Shown: positions 28,285 to 38,787 of the stretch, in pieces
Layout: every line of letters begins with the position of its first letter
Position numbering within the stretch: the stretch's first letter is position 1
From: a virus
Taxonomy: Duplodnaviria > Caudoviricetes
Direction: 5' to 3' (one strand)
IMG/VR virus record: IMGVR_UViG_3300028591_000084
Length of the DNA: 64,000 nt
Made by a program: the position numbers and the translations under genes
Notes under the pieces: generated by a model
What the model was told of the DNA's origin: nothing
Seen by the model: the letters and a program-made list of their open reading frames with translations, nothing else
Databases searched by the model: none

Positions 28285-31043
28285 TTCATTTCAATTTGAG
28301 TTACACCACTTTCATTTAGATTAAGCTTAAGAGATTTATTATTAAATGCAGGTATAGACTCCATATGACTACTTATCAATGTCAGTCCAATATCCATCTG
28401 TGCTATCATATCAAGCACAACATCATGGTTACCAGCATCTAAGTGCTTCAAGAACTCATCCATAATTAAGAGTCCCATCCTTGTAACAACTTTACTTAGG
28501 AAGTCGATATCAAGAAGGGTTCTTTGACCATCAGAGCAGTTAACGTATCTTACATTATTACCACTCAAATTATAATATGATTCAAGATTGAGATGTTCTT
28601 TATTTCTAAAGGTACTCTCGACGACCTCATACTTAATCATATTATCGCTGAATTGATTAGCTAACTTAGTCATAATTTCCTTATAAATTAAGCCAGTAGA
28701 ACCGGTCAGCTTTATATATGTGTTATAAGCTTCCACAGTCTCTCTCATCTTTTCTAATTCAGCTTCACAAGTTTCAATAGTCTTTAATGCTTGCTGTTTA
28801 TCTCTATTAAGAGAATTCCATTGACTCCATATTGAAAGATCATAATCAGCCTTTCTCATATTCTCCAAGAATCCACTAGGGAGTTCAACTTTCTCAGGCT
28901 CTTCACCAATGCACGATAAGGCCTGTTCAATTTCTTTAATTTTTCTAATCTCCTCAGTCTGTTCTCTTGTTAGTCTGGCACCCTCTGATTTCTCTGCCAT
29001 CAGCTTAGACACCTCTTGATTATAAGAAGTCAGTGTTGTTCTACAACCAGAATCAATCTCAGCCTTATCTTGAATTCCATAATTCCAGAACTCATTATAT
29101 AAAGTATTCTGAACTTCTAAGAGACTATTAATCTTTTCGCTTAACTCAGCTTTATGTGCCTCAAGATGCTCATCAGATTTAATTGGTTGTTTACAAGTCG
29201 GGCAAAACTTAACTTCACTCAGTCGTTGTCTATCAAAGTATAATCTCCTACCCTCATTTTTTATTTCCATCAGCTTCGTATATCTCTCAGTAATCCAGTT
29301 AATCTTATCTTGAATAACTTGAATATCTTGATCAATAACATCATCTGATCTTTGTTGTCTGAGTTTAGGTCGAATAACACTATTTAGACGATCTTGGCAG
29401 GCCTCCTTCTGAGCTTGAAGATTAGCAGTTCTAGTTACAAAGTCATTATAAGAGAACCATTTCTCCTGTAAAATTCTCCCTGCTTCTCTTTTATTTATCA
29501 GGTCAACTTCTGACTCTTTAGGTAAGTCTAATGATCCTAATCTACCATCAATATACTTTAGGAGTTCGTTAGTCTTATCTCTTTCTTCTTTCCAATTACC
29601 AGCGTTATCAAAATAGTTAGATAATAGCTCTTGAGCCTGTTCATTATAGGCATCAATTCTATCCATCTTATAAAATTTACTAATAATCTCGCTTTTTCTT
29701 TCTGGAGTTATATCACCAATTAATTTAGGGTGATCAGAGTCGAAGAAATAGACATCCATATAATCAATGAAGGGGAATCTCAAGTGCATTTCCTTGATAA
29801 ACTCCTGCTTACCACCAAATCTTTGCGGCTCCCCATTAATCCAAAACCCATACCTCTTTGAACCTCGCTGAATTCTATACTCATTACCTTGATATAGGAA
29901 ATCAACTTCGGCCCAACACTCTTTAGTTCCAAATTGAATCAAATCTTTAGGGTGTGGATTTTCTAAGAAGGCATACTTGATGGCACTAAGAAGACTAGAT
30001 TTACCTGAACCATTCTCTCCAGTTATTAAAACTCTATCGTGATCCCCAAAGTATAACTCACATTCTTCTATACTTCTCCAGTTTCTACAATAAAACCTAG
30101 TTATTACAAAGTTAAAGTCAACCTCTTTAGCATCAATATCTTTAATACTCTGAAGGACCTCACCATGAACTTTCTCTAGGTGATGAGCCTTTATTATATT
30201 ATCGATCAGATTACCTATTTCTTCCCAGGCAGGTACATTGATAGATTTAAGACCACCAGCAATACTCTGATTCTGGGGCTTATAAACCCACCAGGTCAAA
30301 TTATCTTCATCAAATCCTTCTTTATCCCTGTCTTCTGTATAAACAAATTTCAAGAGATTATCATGAGGGTTAAGATCAATTCTCTTCCACTCATGTCTTT
30401 GAGGATCAAGAACAATAGCAGTTTGTGTAGGAGAATCGGAGATCTTACATTGCTGAGGAACTCCAATACTAACATACTTCCCTAATTGTGATGGTTTATG
30501 AATATCACCACAAATTGCTAAGTCAAACTTTGATTCGTCCAAATATTGATTGAGAAATTTATCTTCTGGAGTATAACAGATTGTAGCATGTGTAAACAAA
30601 ACATCTACTTTGTCAGGAATCCAGGTAAGATCAAACTCAGGTCTCCAATTATAGAAGCCAATACTACAGCCATCAATATTAATGATAGTACGATCAGCAT
30701 AGTGGAGATTATCGGGAAGCATGACAGATAAAACTGAATCAGTCATCTCCGAATTTATACCTTTATTATCTTGATCGTGATTACCCCAGATAATATAACC
30801 TTCCCTAAAGTGACTCATCAAAGTATCAAGGAACAGTTTGACTTCGTGCTGGACATAAGGTCTGACGAGGAACTTTTCAATCGTATCACCCGCCAAGACG
30901 ATTATGTCACAGCCTTCATTCTGTCCTGCCTCAATTATATTCTGACATACCGTTCTACTCTGGTATAGTCTAAATTTCTCTGTTGGGTTTCTTTGTGGAT
31001 AATCATGAATATGAATATCTGCTACTGCTAAGATCTTACTCAT
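28281..31043 (-). CDS. fused Mre11/SbcD nuclease - Rad50/SbcC ATPase
   Basis: DIHIH, AGD, GNHD, GDIH; Walker A GENGSGKS; CPTC zinc hook; CSDGQ signature; LIMDE. Confidence 0.9.
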   Translation of the reverse strand: MSKILAVADIHIHDYPQRNPTEKFRLYQSRTVCQNIIEAGQNEGCDIIVLAGDTIEKFLVRPYVQHEVKLFLDTLMSHFREGYIIWGNHDQDNKGINSEMTDSVLSVMLPDNLHYADRTIINIDGCSIGFYNWRPEFDLTWIPDKVDVLFTHATICYTPEDKFLNQYLDESKFDLAICGDIHKPSQLGKYVSIGVPQQCKISDSPTQTAIVLDPQRHEWKRIDLNPHDNLLKFVYTEDRDKEGFDEDNLTWWVYKPQNQSIAGGLKSINVPAWEEIGNLIDNIIKAHHLEKVHGEVLQSIKDIDAKEVDFNFVITRFYCRNWRSIEECELYFGDHDRVLITGENGSGKSSLLSAIKYAFLENPHPKDLIQFGTKECWAEVDFLYQGNEYRIQRGSKRYGFWINGEPQRFGGKQEFIKEMHLRFPFIDYMDVYFFDSDHPKLIGDITPERKSEIISKFYKMDRIDAYNEQAQELLSNYFDNAGNWKEERDKTNELLKYIDGRLGSLDLPKESEVDLINKREAGRILQEKWFSYNDFVTRTANLQAQKEACQDRLNSVIRPKLRQQRSDDVIDQDIQVIQDKINWITERYTKLMEIKNEGRRLYFDRQRLSEVKFCPTCKQPIKSDEHLEAHKAELSEKINSLLEVQNTLYNEFWNYGIQDKAEIDSGCRTTLTSYNQEVSKLMAEKSEGARLTREQTEEIRKIKEIEQALSCIGEEPEKVELPSGFLENMRKADYDLSIWSQWNSLNRDKQQALKTIETCEAELEKMRETVEAYNTYIKLTGSTGLIYKEIMTKLANQFSDNMIKYEVVESTFRNKEHLNLESYYNLSGNNVRYVNCSDGQRTLLDIDFLSKVVTRMGLLIMDEFLKHLDAGNHDVVLDMIAQMDIGLTLISSHMESIPAFNNKSLKLNLNESGVTQIEMK

Positions 31044-31561
31044 TATAATGATTTCATTACATGTGTATAATTACTAAAAAGCCACTGAATTGCAGCAAAA
31101 GAATGCTTACACAAGAGAGTTACGCCTTTCTTACCCTTTGGAATATCGGTAAGAGCTGCGCCGAGTCTAATCTGAGTATGATCATTACTGAATAAAGAAT
31201 CTCTCTTTCCCAGTAAGTATGCCGACCTATATTTAAAATCTGGGCAATCACAGTAAACTCGAATCTTATTACCCATCAAGTTACTGGCATCATAATCAGG
31301 ATCTAGCTGAATAAATACAGTATGTGTATTACCAGTATCACTAGTGACATTCAGTTTAAGAGTTAGATAAGCTACCTTAATATTCATCTTATTGAAAAAC
31401 TTCTTAAACTTATCTGCCAAAGTTTCTTCTTTAAGTGTCAGAAAGGTATTAACTAGACTAACACTGCACATACCTGCCTTAGTTTGCCTCTGACCATCAA
31501 TATTCATCAACTCCGACAGAGTATATCTCTCGCCGAAGATATTATTTAATAAGCTTGGCAT
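31043..31561 (-). CDS. SWIM zinc-finger protein
   Basis: CDCPDF...LCKH. Confidence 0.75.
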   Translation of the reverse strand: MPSLLNNIFGERYTLSELMNIDGQRQTKAGMCSVSLVNTFLTLKEETLADKFKKFFNKMNIKVAYLTLKLNVTSDTGNTHTVFIQLDPDYDASNLMGNKIRVYCDCPDFKYRSAYLLGKRDSLFSNDHTQIRLGAALTDIPKGKKGVTLLCKHSFAAIQWLFSNYTHVMKSL

Positions 31562-31564
31562 ATA

Positions 31565-31795
31565 CTATTTAATAGAGTTAAATTCTACAACTTTCTTCAT
31601 ATTTCCCGCCAAAGTTAAGACGGAATCATTAGCTACGATATAAAGACCTGCAAACATAGGAAGGTGATTTTTTCCATTACCACAAAAAACTGGCTCTGCT
31701 ACTTCCTTACCTACTTTTTCGCCATTCTTATATACCTCATCTGTATCTGGATTATAGTGATATACTCCTCCAGTTGGTGAAAATAATCTAATCAT
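31565..31795 (-). CDS. hypothetical protein
   Basis: 76 aa ORF in operon. Confidence 0.65.
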   Translation of the reverse strand: MIRLFSPTGGVYHYNPDTDEVYKNGEKVGKEVAEPVFCGNGKNHLPMFAGLYIVANDSVLTLAGNMKKVVEFNSIK

Positions 31796-32853
31796 ATTCT
31801 TTCAGTGTAAAGTGTTGGATCAAACCTACTAATAAAAGTTGTAAAGAATGAATCAGATAAGCCATGAATTTCATACTTATCTAAAAAATCATGCCATTCT
31901 TTTAAAGTTCCAAGCCTTCCACAAGTAGGAAGTAAATCTGTTATATTACGCTTAGCTTCCTCAAATCTTGGATACTTACTAATATCAAAAGTTGATAATT
32001 GTTTCTTAAACAAATCAACGTCTTCAACATTAGTATAGTCTCCGTGTAAGATTTCCTGGATAACTTGATTAGCGTCACAATACTGCTTCTTTGTTCTACG
32101 CATACCATTGTGACTCCCTGTAGCTCCTAATGAATCCCAATAAGATTTATAAGCATAAAGACTTATTTGGTCCCTTAGATCTTCAGGTATCTCATTATAC
32201 ATCTCGTCATAAGTTATAATCTGAGGATCCTGACCAGATCTTGGAAGCTTTAAGACAGGGCATTTTGGAGTAGTCGAGTAGTTCAAATCCGAATCTTGTG
32301 TTACTATGATGGAAGGTTTATCATCAATACTAAATAGCATCATACTGGCTAGATAAGCTAAGTTATCAAACTCCCATCCAGGTACACTAAGACTAGGAAC
32401 ACCAAACAACTTAAGATTTTGTGCTATTGCTCTCTTAGCTGCTTGACGAACATCATTCTTATAAAGCTTCTCATAGGCCTCATCAAGATCCTCCTTACTT
32501 ACTGTTGGATCAGACTTCATTGCCTCATATTTCTCTTTGGTCATATAAGTCCCAAGAGGATTAGCTTTACCTTTCTCTGATTCAATATCTCCTCTACTAT
32601 CCTTGTACGCTCCCCCTAAGATTTGAGTAGTAATATATCCTTTACCACCATCCCATTTATCAAGGAGCAGTACCATTTTATCTGCACTAACACCAAAGTC
32701 ACGATAGATTTTATTAAAGGTATAAATGCAGCTTCTTATTAAATCCCCTGCTGTATATTCTCCGGGTTTCTTATCCTTACTAACACCAAATAGGTTCTTT
32801 TGAAGGATTCCGGAAAAATCAACAAAAGCGTATTTATATTTATTACTGATCAT
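31792..32853 (-). CDS. FEN/PIN-like 5'-3' exonuclease (T4 RNase H-like)
   Basis: FVDFS, LLDKW, YKDSR, WEFDN, TQDSDL. Confidence 0.75.
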   Translation of the reverse strand: MISNKYKYAFVDFSGILQKNLFGVSKDKKPGEYTAGDLIRSCIYTFNKIYRDFGVSADKMVLLLDKWDGGKGYITTQILGGAYKDSRGDIESEKGKANPLGTYMTKEKYEAMKSDPTVSKEDLDEAYEKLYKNDVRQAAKRAIAQNLKLFGVPSLSVPGWEFDNLAYLASMMLFSIDDKPSIIVTQDSDLNYSTTPKCPVLKLPRSGQDPQIITYDEMYNEIPEDLRDQISLYAYKSYWDSLGATGSHNGMRRTKKQYCDANQVIQEILHGDYTNVEDVDLFKKQLSTFDISKYPRFEEAKRNITDLLPTCGRLGTLKEWHDFLDKYEIHGLSDSFFTTFISRFDPTLYTERI

Positions 32854-32921
32854 GACTATTCTAAAAAGAAGAGGCAAGAGTCTAAGCTCCTACCCCTTAA
32901 AGTTATTTAAGTTCCCCTCAA

Positions 32922-34265
32922 TTAGAAGGGAGCCTCTGAACTACCAGATCCACCAAACCCACTAGCAAAAGAGGGTTGAGTGAACGGTGCCTTTCTTACT
33001 TCTTGGCTCTTCTGTTGTTGTTGACCGCCATTATCTGGAGCCATAGGAGCGCCAGAAATAGGATCAAGATGACTAGCTGCTGGGTTCTGGAAGGGATTCG
33101 TATTATTTTCTACGATCCTTTGACTATTCTCGTTGGTTACGAAGTTATTTCCTCCACCGAAACCTCCAGCCCAAGAACCTTGACCCTGCTGTTGCATAGC
33201 TTCACGAGCCATATCAGCGAGAATTGGGTCATTTGTCTCTACACCACCAGCATTAGTGGGCTTCTGATGAGCCAATACTGTTTGATTAGTAGCTTCAATT
33301 GCTTCTTCAATACTTGTTCCGCTTTCCTTAGCCAGTCTCGTTTTAGCAAGAATATTTGTCATATAATCAATAGCCTCACGAATTAGATTTCTATTGAAAA
33401 GACGAGCCTGATCGGCAGGAACATCATCATCCTCTCTATTAGCTTGCCAACCGAGGAACAGTTTTACAGGATTTTGCATGATTTGAGCATCTTCCTCTGG
33501 AATTACTACATCCTTGAGATATTGGCCAGCATTAAGAGAGTGTTGAACAGAGATACTAAAGCCCGGAGAGTCTGACTTACTAATACTGAAAATCAGAAAT
33601 CCCTTACGACCGGATAGCTCTCTGTTGTAGATGTCGTTAACCCATTCAGAATCACCCATACCACTGGTCAAGTTAATATCAGAAATATTATTACCAATAA
33701 TATCGGGGAATCCTTTACTAGTTACTACAAGAAGACCACTAAAGTTCTGCCTAATAGGATTGCGAGAATCACCAAGACCCCAATAATTCAATACACGGGC
33801 CATAACTAGGGTGTAACACTTTCTACGAATCAAACCACCAATAGTTGGATCCATAGCTTTATTTCTCACATCAAGTTCCTTATACAACTCTTCATAAATC
33901 TGATAAGCTTGATCAAGTAACTCTTCATCAGCAGCTGTAAGGCTAGAAACCTCACGGCCGGTTGAAGGATCCTTAATTGTATAAGCACTCTTAGGCAAAA
34001 GTTTGATCCAGGCAGAATAAGTCTGCTCTGTTCCATCACTCATCACATTTCGACGGGGCATCTTAATCTCTCTCGTATTCTGGAGGACAACGAAAGGAAA
34101 ATCGTTAATCACACTAGTCAACGGGAGGAGCTGATACTTGCCAAAATTGCTTTTTGCATTAGTAAAAATAGTCTCCACTGTACGACGCTTCACAAACTGT
34201 TTCTTCTGTTTTGTAGGTGAAATTGTCTGAAGTTTTTCCAAAAACGAATCTACATTCTGAATCAT
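32922..34265 (-). CDS. putative single-stranded DNA-binding protein
   Basis: Replication context; G/Q-rich disordered tail ending EAPF like SSB tails. Confidence 0.45.
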   Translation of the reverse strand: MIQNVDSFLEKLQTISPTKQKKQFVKRRTVETIFTNAKSNFGKYQLLPLTSVINDFPFVVLQNTREIKMPRRNVMSDGTEQTYSAWIKLLPKSAYTIKDPSTGREVSSLTAADEELLDQAYQIYEELYKELDVRNKAMDPTIGGLIRRKCYTLVMARVLNYWGLGDSRNPIRQNFSGLLVVTSKGFPDIIGNNISDINLTSGMGDSEWVNDIYNRELSGRKGFLIFSISKSDSPGFSISVQHSLNAGQYLKDVVIPEEDAQIMQNPVKLFLGWQANREDDDVPADQARLFNRNLIREAIDYMTNILAKTRLAKESGTSIEEAIEATNQTVLAHQKPTNAGGVETNDPILADMAREAMQQQGQGSWAGGFGGGNNFVTNENSQRIVENNTNPFQNPAASHLDPISGAPMAPDNGGQQQQKSQEVRKAPFTQPSFASGFGGSGSSEAPF

Positions 34266-34454
34266 AATTAAATAAATAAAATAAATTAAATAATATAAAT
34301 AAATAAATTAATCACTAGTGAGGGAAACTTAATCTTCCCTCAATAATAAGAATTTAAGGGGACGTTAGGTAACTTTTTTACATTTCAGAAAGAAAAATTG
34401 AGAAAGCAATATTATACTTTCTCTGTTTGATTTTTGACGAGATTTCAAGGGAAG

Positions 34455-34805
34455 TAAAAAAAAAAGGTCCAGGATTTTACTCCTAGACCTAAAACACTCA
34501 ACTAAGCAGCCTTGACGATGAGGCCGAGGGTACAACTGCAAAACCTCTACACTGGTTTGTGTACGTCGTTGAACCAAGGATTTTATCTATCTTTGATCTT
34601 TCGTCTTTCATCTTTGATAATAAAAATCTTTGATCTTTGATCTTTTCATCTTTGAACTTTCAGCTTTAAGGTAAAATTACATCTGAAACATATGGAATGT
34701 AACAAATCTAACTATTAATTCCGCTTAGTTTAATCCTAATAAGAAATCTACCTTTTTAGCCTCTAGTAGAAAGAGAGCGTTATTTTTAGCCTCTTTCGCT
34801 TAGTA
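34455..34805 (-). ncRNA. structured RNA with ten 7-nt periodic AAAG repeats
   Basis: Closing stem ACTAAGC/GCTTAGT, repeats 34591-34667, terminator 34457-34490. Confidence 0.6.
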
Positions 34806-34812
34806 AATATTT

Positions 34813-35436
34813 TTATATCTCAATTTTTGTGGTGCTATTGCTTTCTGACAGGGCATAGTCAATATTAGAGTTGAAATCCTCAATATACTCTTCCAGATCC
34901 TTGATCATCTTGTTAATATTGCAGGGATCAACCATAGCCACCTCCTTGCTCTTTTCAATATACCTTTCAGCCTCCTCTTTTGCGGCGGCCTTATTTTTAT
35001 CGCTGGTGGCGTCTATTCCACTTATCAGTCTCTCTACTTGAAGGTCATTCTCCCTCAAGGCTTTGTCAAAATCCTCAGTAGCACTCAAAGCTTGTGCCTT
35101 TAGCTTCTTGAGAATCATCATCTTGTATTCGATGAGATTCTTCTTGTTCAGGGCTTCCTGAATAGTCATCTCCTCGTTACAGACTGTTATTGTCGTAATG
35201 CTATTTGACTTATCAATAGCACACTTTATGGCATTGATCCTCTCATAAAGATCCATAACGCTTTGATATCTTTCCTTAGCTTGAGAGATGAAATCCTCCT
35301 TCTTAATTGAAGAATAAGGACTTCTCAGCTTAGTACCATGAGATACAGCAACGATGTTCATATCGTTCACTTCTTTTGTAACTCTCGCTTTTAACAGTTT
35401 CAACTCTGCTAATGCTCTAGTAATTGTTAGTTCCAT
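34813..35436 (-). CDS. DIP1984-like coiled-coil protein
   Basis: TITRALAELKLL, MTIQEAL, IDYALSESN..T.IEI pattern. Confidence 0.65.
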   Translation of the reverse strand: MELTITRALAELKLLKARVTKEVNDMNIVAVSHGTKLRSPYSSIKKEDFISQAKERYQSVMDLYERINAIKCAIDKSNSITTITVCNEEMTIQEALNKKNLIEYKMMILKKLKAQALSATEDFDKALRENDLQVERLISGIDATSDKNKAAAKEEAERYIEKSKEVAMVDPCNINKMIKDLEEYIEDFNSNIDYALSESNSTTKIEI

Positions 35437-35476
35437 AAACTTTAAAAAATTAATTAATATCTTTAATATAAGTTTG

Positions 35477-35547
35477 TTGGGCCAGGAGGAGTCGAACCCC
35501 CATCCTTAGAGCCAAATTCTAATGTAATTCCGTTATACCATGGTCCA
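35477..35547 (-). tRNA. tRNA-Gln(TTG); CCA not encoded
   Basis: Acceptor TGGACCA/TGGCCCA, anticodon arm TTAGA-ATTTGGC-TCTAA, T loop GGTTCGACTCC. Confidence 0.85.
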
Positions 35548-35785
35548 TTAACAATTATAAAGATTTGACGGGATTATATTTTCCAAATATAAAAAAGAAA
35601 GGGAGGGTTAGGCTAATTAAACTTTTTGTCTTTAATTCAAAAAACAAGCAAAAACAATTAAAGATGATTGCGGTACCTTTCAATCAAAGTTTCAGCACGA
35701 CCTCCCCGACAGTCTTTATCATACTAACTCGCCTCTCTTGCGCCGTGATTGGTTGATCAGTACTTTCAGACTGTTATTTCTATTA

Positions 35786-36055
35786 TTAAGACCCTGACCG
35801 GGTTCTAAGAGTATTTTTCTCCTTTTCAACGATACCCTCTGCTTTTTTTAAGAAATCACTAATACTTTTCTTTGCTTCTTCTGGCAAAAGTTCTGTTGTT
35901 GGTAATGCTGTTTTAAATTCTTTAATTATGTCTTTCGATTTTTCACATTCTTCTATTGACACTAAAGAATCAGCACTTACTAAACACCCAAGTACTAACC
36001 AAAGCGCTTCATTTTTATATAACTCATCAAGAATATTTATACCCATAAGCTCCAT
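35786..36055 (-). CDS. hypothetical protein
   Basis: 89 aa ORF. Confidence 0.6.
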   Translation of the reverse strand: MELMGINILDELYKNEALWLVLGCLVSADSLVSIEECEKSKDIIKEFKTALPTTELLPEEAKKSISDFLKKAEGIVEKEKNTLRTRSGS

Positions 36056-36107
36056 TAAAAAAGTCCTGAAGTGCTTAATTAATTAAACACCCCAAGACCG
36101 ATAGTTA

Positions 36108-36752
36108 TTATTCTTCGTTTCTGAGATCTCTAAGTCTGAAATATCTATCTACACTATGATTATGAGTAATGTCATGAACATCATATTCTTTCGAATTATC
36201 TCGATCATAGGAAATAATAAAATCTTCAAAATGAACATAAGAGTCTCTCAAAACTTTCTTCAATGTTTCATTCTCTACATACTTCGAACTAGTACCTGGC
36301 TCAACTTCAGCCAAAGTAAGATGTGGCGTATAAGTAGGAAATTTTGATTTAATCTTGTAATACTCCGATAAGGATTTATTTAATTTACTCATTGAAGTAT
36401 ACCAAAAGTTATCATGTTTCAATTTCAAAACTACATAACCACTATCATTTTCAAAATTATCAAGTTCAAATAGATCAAGCACGGGGACAGCATTTTCCTC
36501 AAAACTCTTCTGTCTCTCTAGGTAATCAAATATAGATTCTTTGACAGGAGGATTTGATTTCCACCAACACTTATCAATAGTATCAAAAATATCACCTTTC
36601 TCTAGGAACTTATCAGCAGCATAAAGAACTGTGATATGAGAATCAAACTCAATTCCAGTATCCTTCAGATCAATTTCATCAAAAATAACATTAAGAGATA
36701 CTGGAGTTTCTAAATTCGCTGCTAGCATTAAACAAGAAGTTATACTTTCCAT
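36108..36752 (-). CDS. 2H phosphoesterase, Acb1/T4 gp57B-like
   Basis: Two HxT motifs, SHITVLY and PHLTLA. Confidence 0.75.
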   Translation of the reverse strand: MESITSCLMLAANLETPVSLNVIFDEIDLKDTGIEFDSHITVLYAADKFLEKGDIFDTIDKCWWKSNPPVKESIFDYLERQKSFEENAVPVLDLFELDNFENDSGYVVLKLKHDNFWYTSMSKLNKSLSEYYKIKSKFPTYTPHLTLAEVEPGTSSKYVENETLKKVLRDSYVHFEDFIISYDRDNSKEYDVHDITHNHSVDRYFRLRDLRNEE

Positions 36753-36760
36753 ACCGCTTA

Positions 36761-38615
36761 TTATTTCTGATTCTTAAGTCTGAATTTAACCTTCATCTCG
36801 TTAACTCTATCCTTAAGAGCTGAACCACCTTGATTATAACCCTTAGAGTCTGTTATAGTTAGACCTAATCCAAGTAAGTGATTGAGGAAGGTTTGGTTGT
36901 CTACTATAGAGGTATCCCCTCTAGCAGACTCGATAAATCCCTTAGCGCCTCTAGCCAATAAAGCAGTAAGCTCCATTTCACCAACAATCTGGCCAGTAAC
37001 TCTATAACGACCACGGCCCATTATTGGACTATCCTTCCACTCATTGACATCCACGCCAAACATAGAGGAAGTTACTTTATTGCTATAAGAAGGAATATGA
37101 TAAAGTTGAAGCAAAGTGAGAGGACCACAGTTAAGAGGCTTATCAATCTCAGTATATTTGCCTTCCATGTCCTTTGTTACCTTCAAATATTCCTCTTCAC
37201 CTAAGGCATCTTTTAATTCTTTAAGATCTGCTACTGTCTTTGTAGGAATGAGAATCCTACTTTGAGGCTTAACCCCTAGCTCATTTGCCCATTCATCCAG
37301 AAGTTGAGGTGTATATTTCAAACTATAGGATCCTACATTAAAGTAGTACATATCCTCTATTTTTGAATTATTATGCATCTCAATTACTTCTTCTACAGTC
37401 TTGCCGTTAAATCTACCTGGATAGTACTTTTCAAGCAAGGGAAGAATCTCCTTCTGTTTTATTTTTGATGTTTTATATGATTCTACTAAGTCATGGATTC
37501 TATAAGCTATTTTAGATAAGAGCTGTTCCATGTTTACTCCAGGAATTTTACGATTGACTGTTGAATAAGGGTTCATTACAACTTCAACAACTCTCTTTTC
37601 TCCAGTAGAATCATCAATCATAACGGGCATTTCGTCATCGGGCAAAATCTTACTGATAACACCCTTACCTCCAAATCGATTAGTAATTTTCGAACCGACC
37701 AAAAGATCTGTTCTCTTGATTAATCTTACTCTAACCTTATATACGAGTTTGGGGCTAGCATCATCCAAAACAATAGGACGAAGTCTATCAGCGGCTACAT
37801 AATCAGGTAATCTACTGTAAATCTCTTTCTTTCTAGACTCTTCTAATTTATCTTGATAGCCTTTAACAAGATCTTTAGCCATATAAGCCAGTGTTCTATC
37901 TGGAAGCTTAACGCCGCCTTTGACTTTCGGATTTACATTCTCCTGAATCAAAACATCAGAAACATAAGCTTCATCAATATTATTAGGTACAATAAGATCA
38001 TTAGCAATAGTATATTCACTAAGATTCTTACCCGCACCAAACATAGAACCTAACTGTCCCTGAATAACTTGATTAGCTTTATCTAACTCGATAACTTTAT
38101 AGGTCTTCACAACAGACTCCTTACTCTTAACCTTACTACCGATGGGTGCTATCCACTTAATTATTTCAGTGTTTTTAACATCCATACAGAGATCGATAAT
38201 ACTGTAAGAACACATCTTGCTTGCAAAGGACCTGCTTACTACTAGGGCGTCCTCATTAACGTATCCAAACATAGCGTGGAATAGTACAAGTGCATTAATA
38301 CCAGACTTATACGTATCCTTCTCTAAATTAACAGCTCCCACAATAACGTCGCCCTTCTTAACTTTATCACCTACCTTAACTTTAGGTTGGGTATAAACAT
38401 CGACATCATTAACTGACTGAATTGCAGATCTTCTTGGGATCTCAACTGTATCTTTATTCGGGAGCTCAATGACTACATTCTCCTCGGTAATTTCTTTAAC
38501 AACACCAGACTCCTCACGGAATCTATCGTTCAGGACATTTGATGATAGTTCTTCATAATTACCGGTATCAACAAGCGGTCGTTCTGCATTCGGTAAGGGG
38601 ATTGATTGTTTTAAC
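36761..38615 (-). CDS. rpoB: RNA polymerase beta subunit, exon 2 (spliced product 1060 aa)
   Basis: LKQSIPL..AERPLVDTG, GYVNEDA, GSKITNRFGGKGVIS, VMNP, GQIVGEME; frame open from 38614. Confidence 0.92.
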
Positions 38616-38787
38616 CGTTGGATTTTAGAAATTATCTTTCTAAGTTAGACTATATCATCGAGTTATAGGTATAGTCGTTGAACACTGAAAGGATTTGTAT
38701 GCCCGGGCTGTTTTCATCCAATCAATGCTGCCGATTTGTTTTCTTACTTTCCGGCAATTCTTATAATTTTTAGAGCACATTAATACT
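38616..38787 (-). mobile_element. minimal group I intron (172 nt) in RNAP beta
   Basis: P1 GAGCAU/GUGCUC with U-G pair, P10, AAUUGCCGGAA, AAUCGGCAG, GUUCAACGACUA, GAUAUAGUC, terminal G; splicing restores HMGSSMLKQ. Confidence 0.9.

Noticed and set aside
34560-34577. Group I intron suggested by GGTTCAACGAC on the minus strand
   Set aside because: No P7 partner (TAGTC), no P/Q elements and no interrupted gene.
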